Source: Paraspadella gotoi
Lineage: Eukaryota; Animalia; Chaetognatha
Assembly: GCA_051294375.1 (NCBI GenBank)
Contig: CM119267.1
Location: forward strand, 15,354,105-15,418,104
Direction: 5' to 3'
DNA: 64,000 nt
The translations under genes and the position numbers were made by a program. Below, piece after piece: positions 1 through 21,663 of the stretch. The notes beneath the pieces are model-generated. The model was not told the origin of the DNA. It ran no database searches and saw only the letters and a list, made by a program, of their open reading frames with translations. Position 1 is the stretch's first letter, and the number at the start of each line of letters is the position of its first letter.

Positions 1-220
1 CATTTTCCCGGGTTATTAGTTCTCGCGATTTATCGCATTGTTTCCGCAATTGGCGCCGACAGAAATTCAGATGGGGGAGAGGAGAGCGAGACCCCCGGAG
101 GGAGGGTGGGGGGCGAAAGGGGGGAGGAGGAGGAAGACAAGTTTTTCACGTTCTGGTGAAAGAGAAAGTGACGATTCCGGCCATTCTCGATCATTCGTCT
201 CTAACGGAGAGTATGAAATG

Positions 221-318
<98 letters not shown>
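221..318. repeat. (TAGA)n microsatellite followed by GAAA/AAAT low-complexity tracts
   Basis: Perfect tandem TAGA repeats seen directly. Confidence 0.97.
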
Positions 319-319
<1 letters not shown>

Positions 320-617
320 AAAGAAAGAAAGAAAGAAAGAAAGAGGCGAGAAAAAAGATCGACATATGGCAAGAAAGAAAGAAATAAAGAAACTAAAGAA
401 ACGATTAGACAGTTAAAACGAAAAAAAAAAGAAAATAAATAAAAAAATAAATAAATAAATAAATTTTAAAAAAATAAATAAATAAAAAAAATAAAAAAAA
501 AAAAACAAAAAAAAACAATTAAATAAATAAATAAATGAATGAATGAATGAATGAAGGGTGAGGGCCCTTGGGCTTCTTTTCAGGGCGGTGCCACGAATGG
601 CCCGATTTCCAGACTGA

Positions 618-1454
618 NNNNNNNNNNNNNNNNNNNNNNNNNNNNNNNNNNNNNNNNNNNNNNNNNNNNNNNNNNNNNNNNNNNNNNNNNNNNNNNNNNN
701 NNNNNNNNNNNNNNNNNNNNNNNNNNNNNNNNNNNNNNNNNNNNNNNNNNNNNNNNNNNNNNNNNNNNNNNNNNNNNNNNNNNNNNNNNNNNNNNNNNNN
801 NNNNNNNNNNNNNNNNNNNNNNNNNNNNNNNNNNNNNNNNNNNNNNNNNNNNNNNNNNNNNNNNNNNNNNNNNNNNNNNNNNNNNNNNNNNNNNNNNNNN
901 NNNNNNNNNNNNNNNNNNNNNNNNNNNNNNNNNNNNNNNNNNNNNNNNNNNNNNNNNNNNNNNNNNNNNNNNNNNNNNNNNNNNNNNNNNNNNNNNNNNN
1001 NNNNNNNNNNNNNNNNNNNNNNNNNNNNNNNNNNNNNNNNNNNNNNNNNNNNNNNNNNNNNNNNNNNNNNNNNNNNNNNNNNNNNNNNNNNNNNNNNNNN
1101 NNNNNNNNNNNNNNNNNNNNNNNNNNNNNNNNNNNNNNNNNNNNNNNNNNNNNNNNNNNNNNNNNNNNNNNNNNNNNNNNNNNNNNNNNNNNNNNNNNNN
1201 NNNNNNNNNNNNNNNNNNNNNNNNNNNNNNNNNNNNNNNNNNNNNNNNNNNNNNNNNNNNNNNNNNNNNNNNNNNNNNNNNNNNNNNNNNNNNNNNNNNN
1301 NNNNNNNNNNNNNNNNNNNNNNNNNNNNNNNNNNNNNNNNNNNNNNNNNNNNNNNNNNNNNNNNNNNNNNNNNNNNNNNNNNNNNNNNNNNNNNNNNNNN
1401 NNNNNNNNNNNNNNNNNNNNNNNNNNNNNNNNNNNNNNNNNNNNNNNNNNNNNN
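618..1454. other. Assembly gap (N run); further gaps at about 10714-10738, 11191-11549, 12763-12772, 13682-13706, 22615-22624 and 27566-27575
   Basis: Runs of n. Confidence 0.99.
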
Positions 1455-2243
1455 AACTCTCCAGATTCAGAGCGAGTGAGTTAGCGAGTGATGGATAGGT
1501 AAGTTTGGGAGTGAGATACAAAGTGACATAAAGAGAGAGGGACTCAGTCATCAGGTAATCAGTCAGTCAGTCAAGTTGTTGATAGAAGAGTATAGAGAGA
1601 TGGAGAGATGAGTAGAGATTGAGAGAGAGAGAGAGAGAGAGAGGCATTTATTCGTTTTCACTCTCGTTATTCTAATCGTGATATTTTTCTTTTGGCTTTT
1701 CATATTAGAATTTTTATTTGTTTTTTTTTTTATTTCGTTGGGTCGACTCGCGTCACATCCGATGGGAATTGCTCCTTTTACGACATCGACTCTATAATGC
1801 CAATTATTTTTAAACTCGTTCAATTCGATGTTATTAACGTCTTTTTTATGAATTGGGTTAGCCATCATAAACCATCACAGCGCCGTCACATTTTTATCTT
1901 AAAAATATCACTCCCATCTGTTCATGTTCATTGCCGTCATCCATAAATGTCATCAACCCACCGCGAATGATCGAAGCATCAAGCAATCACCAAGCCATCG
2001 TAGCAATCATTTGTCGCAACTGCTTTCTCGATTGTCAAGGCCCGCCCATCAACGAGGCGATCCTCTCTTCAGTACCTCAATAAATGAGCCTCGTAGGCGG
2101 AGATGTGTTCGATTTCTCTGGCGGCGTTGGAGTAAGGGCCATATAGGCTGTCCACGTCCACCGAAGATTTGCCTGAGTGAAAAAAAAACAAAATGGCAAT
2201 GACTTGTGACTATGAGCCAATTAATGAAAATTTTAAAAATATA

Positions 2244-2985
2244 CACCGTGATCTTTTGAAACACGCCGCTAGAAAAAATTCACCATGGAAAACGTGAAGA
2301 GATTTTAAAATTTTGAAAAGAGATACCTAATATAAATACTTAGTATAAATATCATTTCTTTCGGTTTACTTCTACTTTAACAGTAAGAGGTAAAAGATAG
2401 CTTTGAAACTGATCTCCCGGCTTGATAGCCTAATGTTTTTGAATGAAAAATTTTTATCTTACGTACTGGATAATTTATAAAAAAGTATTTCAAAAAATAA
2501 TAATAATATTTACATTGCCTGAAAGCCCTTTAAAAACTGTATACTATGATACAATTTTCGATTCTGTAGTATAAAAAAATATATTTTTGAGGCTAAGTAA
2601 AAGTTATAAGGTATAGAATTTAACTCCCTTACTTTATAATCAGTGGTCAAGAATATTACTTTTAATAAATTATAATCAATATTCCTGAATCAATTTTTAA
2701 TGGGCTTTTTTATGATACCCATATTAGCACTAATTTGTGAGATTATGATTGTTTAACAGAGCCATCAATTCCAGGTAACGAATTTCCCTTTATTTCTGAT
2801 TGAAAAGCTCGAATTTGCTGCTTACTTTTTTTCGAACTCAAAATAAAATCAATTATCAAAAAATGTATGCATAAAAAATGAGTACGTCGTCTTGTCTTTA
2901 TATATCTTTTTTTAAAATGTTAAAATCTCTACGCGTTTTCATATGGTGAATTTTTTATAGCAGCGTGTTTCAAATTGTCACAGTG
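2244..2985. mobile_element. Tc1/mariner-type MITE (non-autonomous DNA transposon)
   Basis: About 85-bp imperfect terminal inverted repeats. Left end reads caccgtgatcttttgaaacacgccgctagaaaaaattcacc; the reverse complement of the right end reads cactgtgacaatttgaaacacgctgctataaaaaattcacc. TA flanks both ends (2242-2243, 2986-2987) and the interior is AT-rich and non-coding. Confidence 0.8.
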
Positions 2986-5900
2986 TATGTCATAATCCAT
3001 TGATAAAAAGAATCTTTCGCTATCATAATCTTAATTACAAAAGCTACGAAAGAAGAGGCGATATTCGCAATGTTATTAGTAATTGCGGAGCAGAGGAGCA
3101 ATAAGGACCACAATAATAGTAGCAACCGTCACGACGTAAATTAGTTATTTTACGTATTTTGGAAGAAACGATAAGAAAAAATGACAAAAGTGAGACCATT
3201 ATCAAGGGCTGATTTTTTTTTGATTGTGGTAGTAGTAGAAAAAAAATTAAAAATGAAATTTAAAAAAAAAAGGCTAAAAGCCAAAAGATTCTGCGAAAAA
3301 CATTAAAAATATTCAAATTTCGCAAAAAATAAAACCCCAAAAATTGAAAGCATTGTTTGTCTCGCGAATCGAGGCCAGAATCGACGTTTCCGCCCATGAC
3401 GTTCGCCATTTCCCCCCCAGACTAACAATGCGGTACCTTTTTTTTACCCATGAACCCTTTTTGCCTCATTACTTCCGAGTGTGCCTCCCATCCCCCCGCC
3501 TCCACTTACACCGTTCGTTCGCTGCGTCCACGCTTAATCTTTTTTTTCTCCGCTGTTATTTTCCCAGGTCGGCTTGGTCACCTCGTCGGACACAATTGAC
3601 GGGCATGCAAGCAATTCGCCGCCGGGCGGGCGGGAGGGGCGGAGGGAGTGGGCAAGGGGTTGGCGGGAGGGGGGGTTTGGGGAGGCGAGTTGGTGAGAAA
3701 TCTATTTCGAATGCTCGCAAAATACCTTAAATGAGCGTTTTGCGTACAATTGAGGCTTAGCTGGATGGTTTTTGGAGTTTTTTATAAGAATAAATGTAAA
3801 TGGTTTGCTTCGGATTTTGATCGAAAGGCGATGTTAATTTTTTTTTGATTTGTTTAGCTTGTATTGTGAAAATTGCTTATAGTTTTCTGGTTTTTCATCA
3901 GCATAGAATTGGGGTTAACGGTTTTTTCGCAATCGGGTAAACATAAGATTTCGGAATCTTCTTTTACCGTATTTTAAATTTCAGATTTTTTTTTAATTTG
4001 CTTTTTTCCTGTAATTTTTTTCTTTTTTATTCGTCAATTTTTTTTTTTCCATTCTAGTTCAAATTTTTTTTTCAAACAATTAATTCTAATTATATTCATA
4101 AAAGGTTTTTTTATTAATAGTTTATTACAAATATCGAGATTGGTTTATTTATTAAATTGCATTCGAAATTCAATCATTTCAAATCAGAATGAAAGAGGAT
4201 GATATGCAAGAGAGAGATCAGTGATTCGTAGAGAGAGAGATGAGAAAGAGAGAGAGTAGACTTGCTCTAGAATCTTTTTCAAGTTCAGGAGCAACTAATC
4301 TTGTTTAGGTTATAGTGCGCAAAAAACCATTGTGAGCAGAGTATTGGAAGTCCGGTATCAATAGAATCTAAAATTTATGATAAAAAGACAGAAATTTATC
4401 GAAAGAGGAAAGTAAAACAACTAATATGTTCTCAAAAGATTTTCAGAAGACTGTTCTCATTTTGTAGCGGGCATATCGGTGAGACATATGCATGAATTCA
4501 GTAAAGCGAGTTGAAGTAATATTCATCTCTTGAATTCGCCGTTGCGAACGAAAAAATTTGTTCAGTGGAAAACAATAAATGAAGAAAATTGCATTAATTC
4601 GGAATTCCAAGCGTTTGTAACGTTTTAACCTATTTCTTTTCGGTTTTAACCCCATTTTTGCGTGATGTGAAAGAAACTGTTGTAATTATGCAATGTTTTT
4701 AAAAGTTTTTTAATTTGTGAGGCTTGTTAAATTTTGACATTTTGAAAACTAGACGAGAATTCGCTTAAAAAAAATTCACATTTTTCTAATAGAGATTTCG
4801 TATAATCTGACTACCATTGGAAAACGAGATTGCAGAAATTCGGTAAAAAACGTTGTTAAGGAACAATCGATCCGATAGCGGTTTTAATCTTAGAGTTAGC
4901 AATTGTCTTTATGAGATTTGAATAAAGGATTATAATTAAACGCAGCCAGGGGAAATGCAGCTAGTATCTCGAGAATTTCAAAACTTGTTTTTACTATAGA
5001 ATGAAAGGAAATTTTTTGCTTTTTCAAAATTGTAAACGGGGCTAGGGTATGTTAAGCATTATAAATATTACTTGAATTTTTGAGTTTAAAGCCCTTGTCT
5101 AAGAGCTTGCCAAATTTTTCTTTTCAGATTAATGACAAAAATAGCTTTCATAGTAAAGCGCACATGTGTAAAGTCATTGGTTATGGTTTGACACATGAAA
5201 ATTTTTATTTAATAATGAAATTAAGAAGGTTGAGAGAAAAAACTGATTTTTTTCCTGATATTCTTGAAGGAACGAAAGATAAGGGATGGCAATAGTACCA
5301 AATGAGGCATAATATTAGGCACATACAAGTTACATATTAGAATATTTTGCTGAAACTCTTTACAGGGTGAGTGTCAAGACTAGTCAAAATTATAATGAAA
5401 TTTTAAAAACTAATGAAACCATAAAAATAAATGAAATTTTAAATTTTTTTAGTGATTCTGAAAGAAAAAAGGCTAAAATTGTACTATAGTGAACTTTAAG
5501 TTTTTGGATAAAGAAATATAATTTTTTTTTTCAATACATATTATGCTTCATGATATTAAAGCAGCTTACAAAATTCTACAAATTTATTCATCCATACAAG
5601 TGAATATTTTATCTTTCTTTTACAAGGCAAAAGTAAACATTATTTTATGTTAGAGACAGGGGATGTTTATGAAATGAGCTGGAAGAGGTTCAACTACTTC
5701 ACTTTAATGTATTTTTCAATAATAAAATAGGCGAGATCTTTTATTATTTAACTTTCACAGGTTCAACAATGACATTTACTTTCATAATATCGACCAATGT
5801 TAATGTTATTATTACATACTTATTTTTTTTACGCAGAAATCATGAGAAATAACAGAAAGTTATGGATTCTTCGCTATCGTATTAAGAAAAAAAAAATTAC

Positions 5901-6189
5901 TTTGCGGATTATGTTTTGTAGAGGAAAGTCGAATGGGCGAACATCTAAAGGGCGAGATGGTTGAAAAAAAGGGGTGGGAATTTTGAATGGTTTCTAAGGA
6001 TTTTCGAAATAGTGAGGGTCGAATTAAAAGGCGAGACTTGAGATTGTACAGATTTCAGTCATTCAGCATTTCGATGAATAGATGTGTAACAGTATAAGAA
6101 AAAAGTCCTGGGATTCTTTTTTATAGCGGCTATTAAAAATTGTTAAATGTTTTATGAAAAGAGTTGGTGAGGAGTTATGTGTAGAATTT

Positions 6190-16280
<10,091 letters not shown>

Positions 16281-16457
16281 GGAAGAGGAGGAGGCGCAGC
16301 GGGATTAAGGCTTTATTGTTGTTTTCCGATTGGAACGAGGGGAGAGAGAGGAGAGGAGAGAGAGGTGAATGAATCGCAAGGATATCTAATTACGTCCGTC
16401 AATCGGGCATTTGTTATTCACGAAATGAAACATGCCATTCATGACTTTTTTTCTTTT

Positions 16458-16549
<92 letters not shown>
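16458..16549. repeat. (GA)n microsatellite
   Basis: Tandem GA seen directly. Confidence 0.95.
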
Positions 16550-16552
<3 letters not shown>

Positions 16553-19500
16553 TACCTCTTCACTATTTTACTTTCACGCCGGAGCTTTTCTCGTTACTTT
16601 TTTTCTCTCATTCCGCTTCGTGATGTTAATCAAGTTCTTCGTTAAAAATTCACAAACGCGAAGAAATGAATTCGTTTCGAATGGAAGATGAAAAAAAAGG
16701 CTCCGGGCCAAGAGACGCGTTGGCGACGACGGGAAAGATGAAGACGAGATGCCTTTTAATATGTAGCGATGTAGCTGAATAGAAAGTAACGTATCCACTG
16801 GGAAGGTATAAGCAATAAATTGCGTTAATATCATTATTTGAATAAAATATTGAACGTAGTGTCAAGGGCAAATGTCACAATTTCTACAAGGACCTTGGTT
16901 TTTAATGATTAAAAGTTATTGTGATGTTAATTTTTGTGTAATGACAGCACTCGCGAAGCGTTAAATCATTTTTTTCTAATGAAATTGAGGCGTTCCAATT
17001 CTCATTCGCTTTAACATAAATAAAAGTTTATATTTTAATAGCTAAACAACCCTCGGTTTCCAACGTGGTTGAAAACATGACTCATGTGGCCTAAAACATT
17101 CTCATTACCCTAACTAATATCATTTCTCTTTTATTCTCTCTCATTTTCTGCCCTAAAATTCCCCAAAATTCCAAGAAATCGCAAAATCCACAATTTATTC
17201 CCGCGTCTCGAAGGAAAAACTGTCGATTCGAGGCCAACGGTTCCGACTCAGACGTCGCCCCTTTTCTTTCTCATCGCAATTCTGCCCTTAATTTGTAGTC
17301 TCCAGTTTTCAGACTCTAGAATCTCTTCTTTTTTTTTTACCCTCGCACCCTCTGACTCATGCGAATTTTCTTGGAATTCATTGCAGTCTTCTTTTTCTTC
17401 TTTTTCTCAATTCCCTTCGAGTTCCGGCTCCCACGAGATCGAGAACCGCCCAACGTCACTTCCGGATCCGCCTTCTCTTTCCTATTTTCTCCTTCTCATT
17501 CTTTTTCCTTCTCTCCTTTCTCCCCCCCTCTCCTTACCCGACTTGACCGTCGCCTTCAACGAGAATTATCGCATCTGACTCATCAGATGGAGTCGGACGA
17601 GAGAGAGAAAGAATTCGCCCTCGCCCGTCGATTGTCTTCGCCTTTTGTTCGTCTTCTCCCAACGATCGTCAACGATCGCCTCCGCCCTTATTCGTCGTCG
17701 CCCTTTAGATCGCTCTTTCCCTACCATGACCAGCCCGGGTTTTTATTGGGTTCCTAGACGAGGGAGATTTCCGGACAAAGAGAGACGCCGCCCGACGCTT
17801 TTGTTCCGCCAAATCTCATGGAAGAGGGAACTCGGGGGCCCCGAATTAAAATCCCGGCCAAGAAAAAATAAGAGAAAAGTCATTCGAGAAATTCCGACTC
17901 CAGATTCAGCCTCGATAATAAGACGGCGGGATCTCCTGGTAGTGATACTTATCCACCCGAGAAGATTCGCTAACGACTTCTCAAAAGAATTAATTCCGTC
18001 TCGGGAAAGACGGCGAAATAACTCCGGGGAGAGGGGAGGAAGGGAAGAGGCGGAAGGGAGAACGCGCCGACTCGCCTGGGTAGATTAAGTCTGCTTTATT
18101 TCCACGATTGCACTGCCTCGGCGATGAAGGTGTCGGAGATCCTCGTTATAAACGGTTCCGCGCGTAATAAAATCTTGACCGAATCGCGAACAGGAAGCGA
18201 TGGAAGAAAAAAACGGCGGAAGCCTTGATCGAGTTGACAAATTACGATGAACAACACTGACAATTCTATTTGGATTATTTGGTATTATTCGAAAGCTTGG
18301 CTTACGGTAGAAAACGAAAAAGGTCAGTTTAAGTTTGACAGCGGATATATATTTAAAAATATGATGTAAAAGTGATGACATAAATATTTTTGTTTTTATA
18401 TTCCCCCCCCCCGCTATCCTTTCTAGATGACAGACCAAACGACAGACTGAATTTAGTTTGAATTCAACAGATTGAACAGAGGGTTTAGAATAAGATACAT
18501 CTTGAAAAACAAAAATATTCGTAATTATAATGTAGCAAAGATATCAAATTTAACATTCTTTCAAAAACCACAGCTCAACAAATACTACTCTCAACATCTC
18601 GTCTTCGGAAACATTCAAAAGCAGTAGTCCACGTCACCAGTAGCCCCTTTGCAGACCCAATGGCACCTCATTTCCATCGGCGCCTTCATTCCATTCGCAC
18701 CACGATTTCATCGGAGCGACGACGCGAAAAAGTCCCTCAAGGGAAATTTGATAGAGGAGCGGAATCGGCAAAAGAATTAGAGGCGAAGAGCGGGAAAAAT
18801 ATTCCTTCTCTTCCCTTCCTATTTTTTTTTTTTTTTCACGCCGTCTCTAGTGTCTCTGATCTCCAACGAGAGCTCTATCTTTATCTAGATTCGCCACGAT
18901 GAGATGAGAATAATGAGCGTAAGGCGGCTGTTCGGACTTTGAAGTCGCCCAAGTGTTACGCTCGCGGTTAACGAAAGATTAATGGGGAAATCAGCGAGGA
19001 AGAGACATTTATTTTTTTAACGCAGACTAATATGCTTAGCTTTACTTCGATAAGTAAATGAAAAAAAAAACGAGGAAGAACGACCCTAGACAGCGATTTA
19101 AAAAGAAAACTGATTTCTGATTTTTTAATAATAATAATTATGTATAATAATATAATAATAATTACATAATTGTAATCTTGATATTCATTTGATCATACAC
19201 GGGATTTCCTTTTTCGGTTGTACGCTTTGCTCCGCCCGTCGACGAGTCGACCCGTTTTTGAGGCCAGTCCGTAGACGAGTATTTATATTTATGACTGATG
19301 TTTTGAAAAGTGATACGAATTCCGAAAAGATCGCGCGGCCCAAAGTCAAAAAGGCAATTCTTAGAGTTCGAGAGCGGGGGATGAGGGGGGGAAGGGCGAG
19401 AAAGGGGGGCAGGGGGGGGCTGGAAGTGAAAGTCGAACGAAAGTAGCGGCGATGAAAAGAAGCGACGGCAGGAAAAGTAATCAAATTGGGAAAAGGAGCG

Positions 19501-21256
19501 AATGAGGCCGAGGAAAACGGGGCTGGTTATGATGCGAGTAAAGAAGGGGGTTGGCCCGATGGGTGGTTTAAGATGCGAAGATGCGAATTGGAAGTGGGAG
19601 GATGAGAGAGTTATCATTCCCTTTTTTTTTAAATGCGGGGGATGGGGCGCTAGATGAAGGAATCGCCGAATCCGAGAAAGAAATATCGGAAAAAAAAAGA
19701 AGAAAGAGAAACTCATTAACCTACATACATCGTATGGGCTCTACTAATTTAGCCGAGTTTCTGGTATGATTGGGATGATGAATTAGCGGGAGAGCGTTGA
19801 AGCGATAAAGCGATTATTACCGGAAGAAGGTTGGGGAAAAAGGTGGGTTGAAGGAAGCGAAAGATGAAAGAAGGGGGGGGGGAAGAGGAGATCCGGATAC
19901 TGAGCAGGTGGCCACCTGTAACGGCACCCGTTTGAAAACGGTGTCAAGCGAAGTGGAAAATCCGACAGAAGGAGAAATCAAAGCCGAATGGAAAGACGCA
20001 TTTTTTCAAGATTTAGTCGCGGGAAAAGAGAGGGAGAGTGACAGAAGAGAGGGAATCAGGGCGCGGGGTGGAGCGCGGTGAAAAGAGATAAAGAGTGATA
20101 TATTCGTGTGTGCCATGAAGGAGAAATGAACGAGTGACGAAAAAAAATAGTGCGGAGAAAAAAAAAGAGAAGAAAAAAAGAGAAGAAAATTAGAGAGAAA
20201 AATCAGAGAGTGAGAGAACAATAATTACGTTTGTAAAAAAATAACAATGTTAAAATATTCTCTTTCACAAAATTTGAAATTAACAACACATCGCTTCTTC
20301 GGTTTTTGATTAGGAAAAATGGGAATGGAAAAGGGTTTAAATTCAAATCTGGATGGTGTTTCGAATTTTGATGTTTTCATTTTTTTTTTACATCGATTTG
20401 TTCGATATCCTTCAAAGATATAAGAGGCTCTTCTTTTTATTTTGAAAAATTGCGGCTTCGGAGATAGAATCGTATTCTTAGGGGGAAAAATCGTAACAAC
20501 TAAAAGGATTTATTTTTGAAAATAGCGAAATAAAGAATAAAGACGAAATAAAAATCAATTAGCGCAGTAGACATCGTAAATAGAATTGAACAATCTCAAA
20601 GTCAGAATATTCAATGGATGTTCGTGCGTAAAGTCCATTTAAAACCTTTTAAAAATGATTAAAAACGACCAAACTCCCGGCGTTTGTTTTGATTCTCCTT
20701 CCTCCCCATTTCCTTTCAAGGTGAAAACCAAGGTCGCTATTTCTCCTTTTATTTCCCTTCCCCCGACACCCCCAGATTTCAGAAAAAGAAGAAAAGCTAA
20801 ATAAACAGTTGAGCAAAATATTAATCAAATAAAACCAACTTTTTTATATTTAAAAGAATACTATTTTGTTTAAAAAAAAACACGGAACGGCATTCGCCAG
20901 GAAATGTGGCGGCAACTAAATTAATTGACAGATTAACGTAATTAATGTTTAGAAAGTTAGAAAGTTAACAAGGTATAAATTGGTGAGACTCTAATGTTCA
21001 ACTTCAGGTTAATTTAAAGATTGTCCCATTCGATTGCAAAATTAAGAAACGGCAACTGGCTGAACCTGTTTCAAAAGTGGCACACTTCAAGCCGATGGGA
21101 AAGCGATGGCTAGGGCGCAACGAAAGGAGATTGAAAAAGCGGAACCAAACAAAAATCCAAGGGCGAAAAATGGAAAAATCCGCTAAGCCAGAGGGCAGAG
21201 AGGCAGGGTTAACAGATATTTTCCCGGTCGCCTATAGTCGCATAAAAGTCGAAAGA

Positions 21257-21262
<6 letters not shown>

Positions 21263-21340
<78 letters not shown>
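21263..21340. repeat. (GA)n microsatellite
   Basis: Tandem GA seen directly. Confidence 0.95.
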
Positions 21341-21342
<2 letters not shown>

Positions 21343-21410
21343 AAGAAGGTGCACGCCTGTTCGCGTTACCTGCTTTCACGAGAAAACAGAGGCCTGTTAA
21401 AACTCGTTAC

Positions 21411-21663
21411 CTGATTTATCGATAGTCCCGCATTCGGTGGTGGAGGCGAGAACGAGTACGACGACGACAGGGACGACGACAAAGGGACGACGGAATCGGC
21501 CAAGTCTTTGGTCGCCCGAAGGACGTCGAGGGGCGAGGGTGAAAGGGGCGGACGGGGAGGGGTGAAGCGAACCGTGAGAATTGTGAGGGGGTTGAGGGCG
21601 ATTGTGGAGAGCGAGACGAGAAGGCCGAAGATCAGCGCGGGCGGTATCGTCGCGACGACGCAT
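21411..21663 (-). CDS. Putative first coding exon of a secreted or membrane protein (signal peptide/anchor); downstream exons not located
   Basis: gccATG...RRPFVVVPVVVVLVLASTTECGTIDKS ends at a strong phase-1 donor, CAG|GTAACGAGTT, identical to a donor used in the MSK gene at 38451. The exon is a GC-rich island in AT-rich surroundings. Confidence 0.45.

Noticed and set aside
551-1551. ORFs of about 300 aa across the first gap (and 11072-11784)
   Set aside because: They are open only because of N runs
2979-2985. CACAGTG (RSS heptamer) at the MITE end, suggesting a Transib/RAG-like transposon
   Set aside because: The flanks are TA/TA rather than a 5-bp TSD and there is no nonamer at 12/23 spacing; a Tc1/mariner MITE fits better
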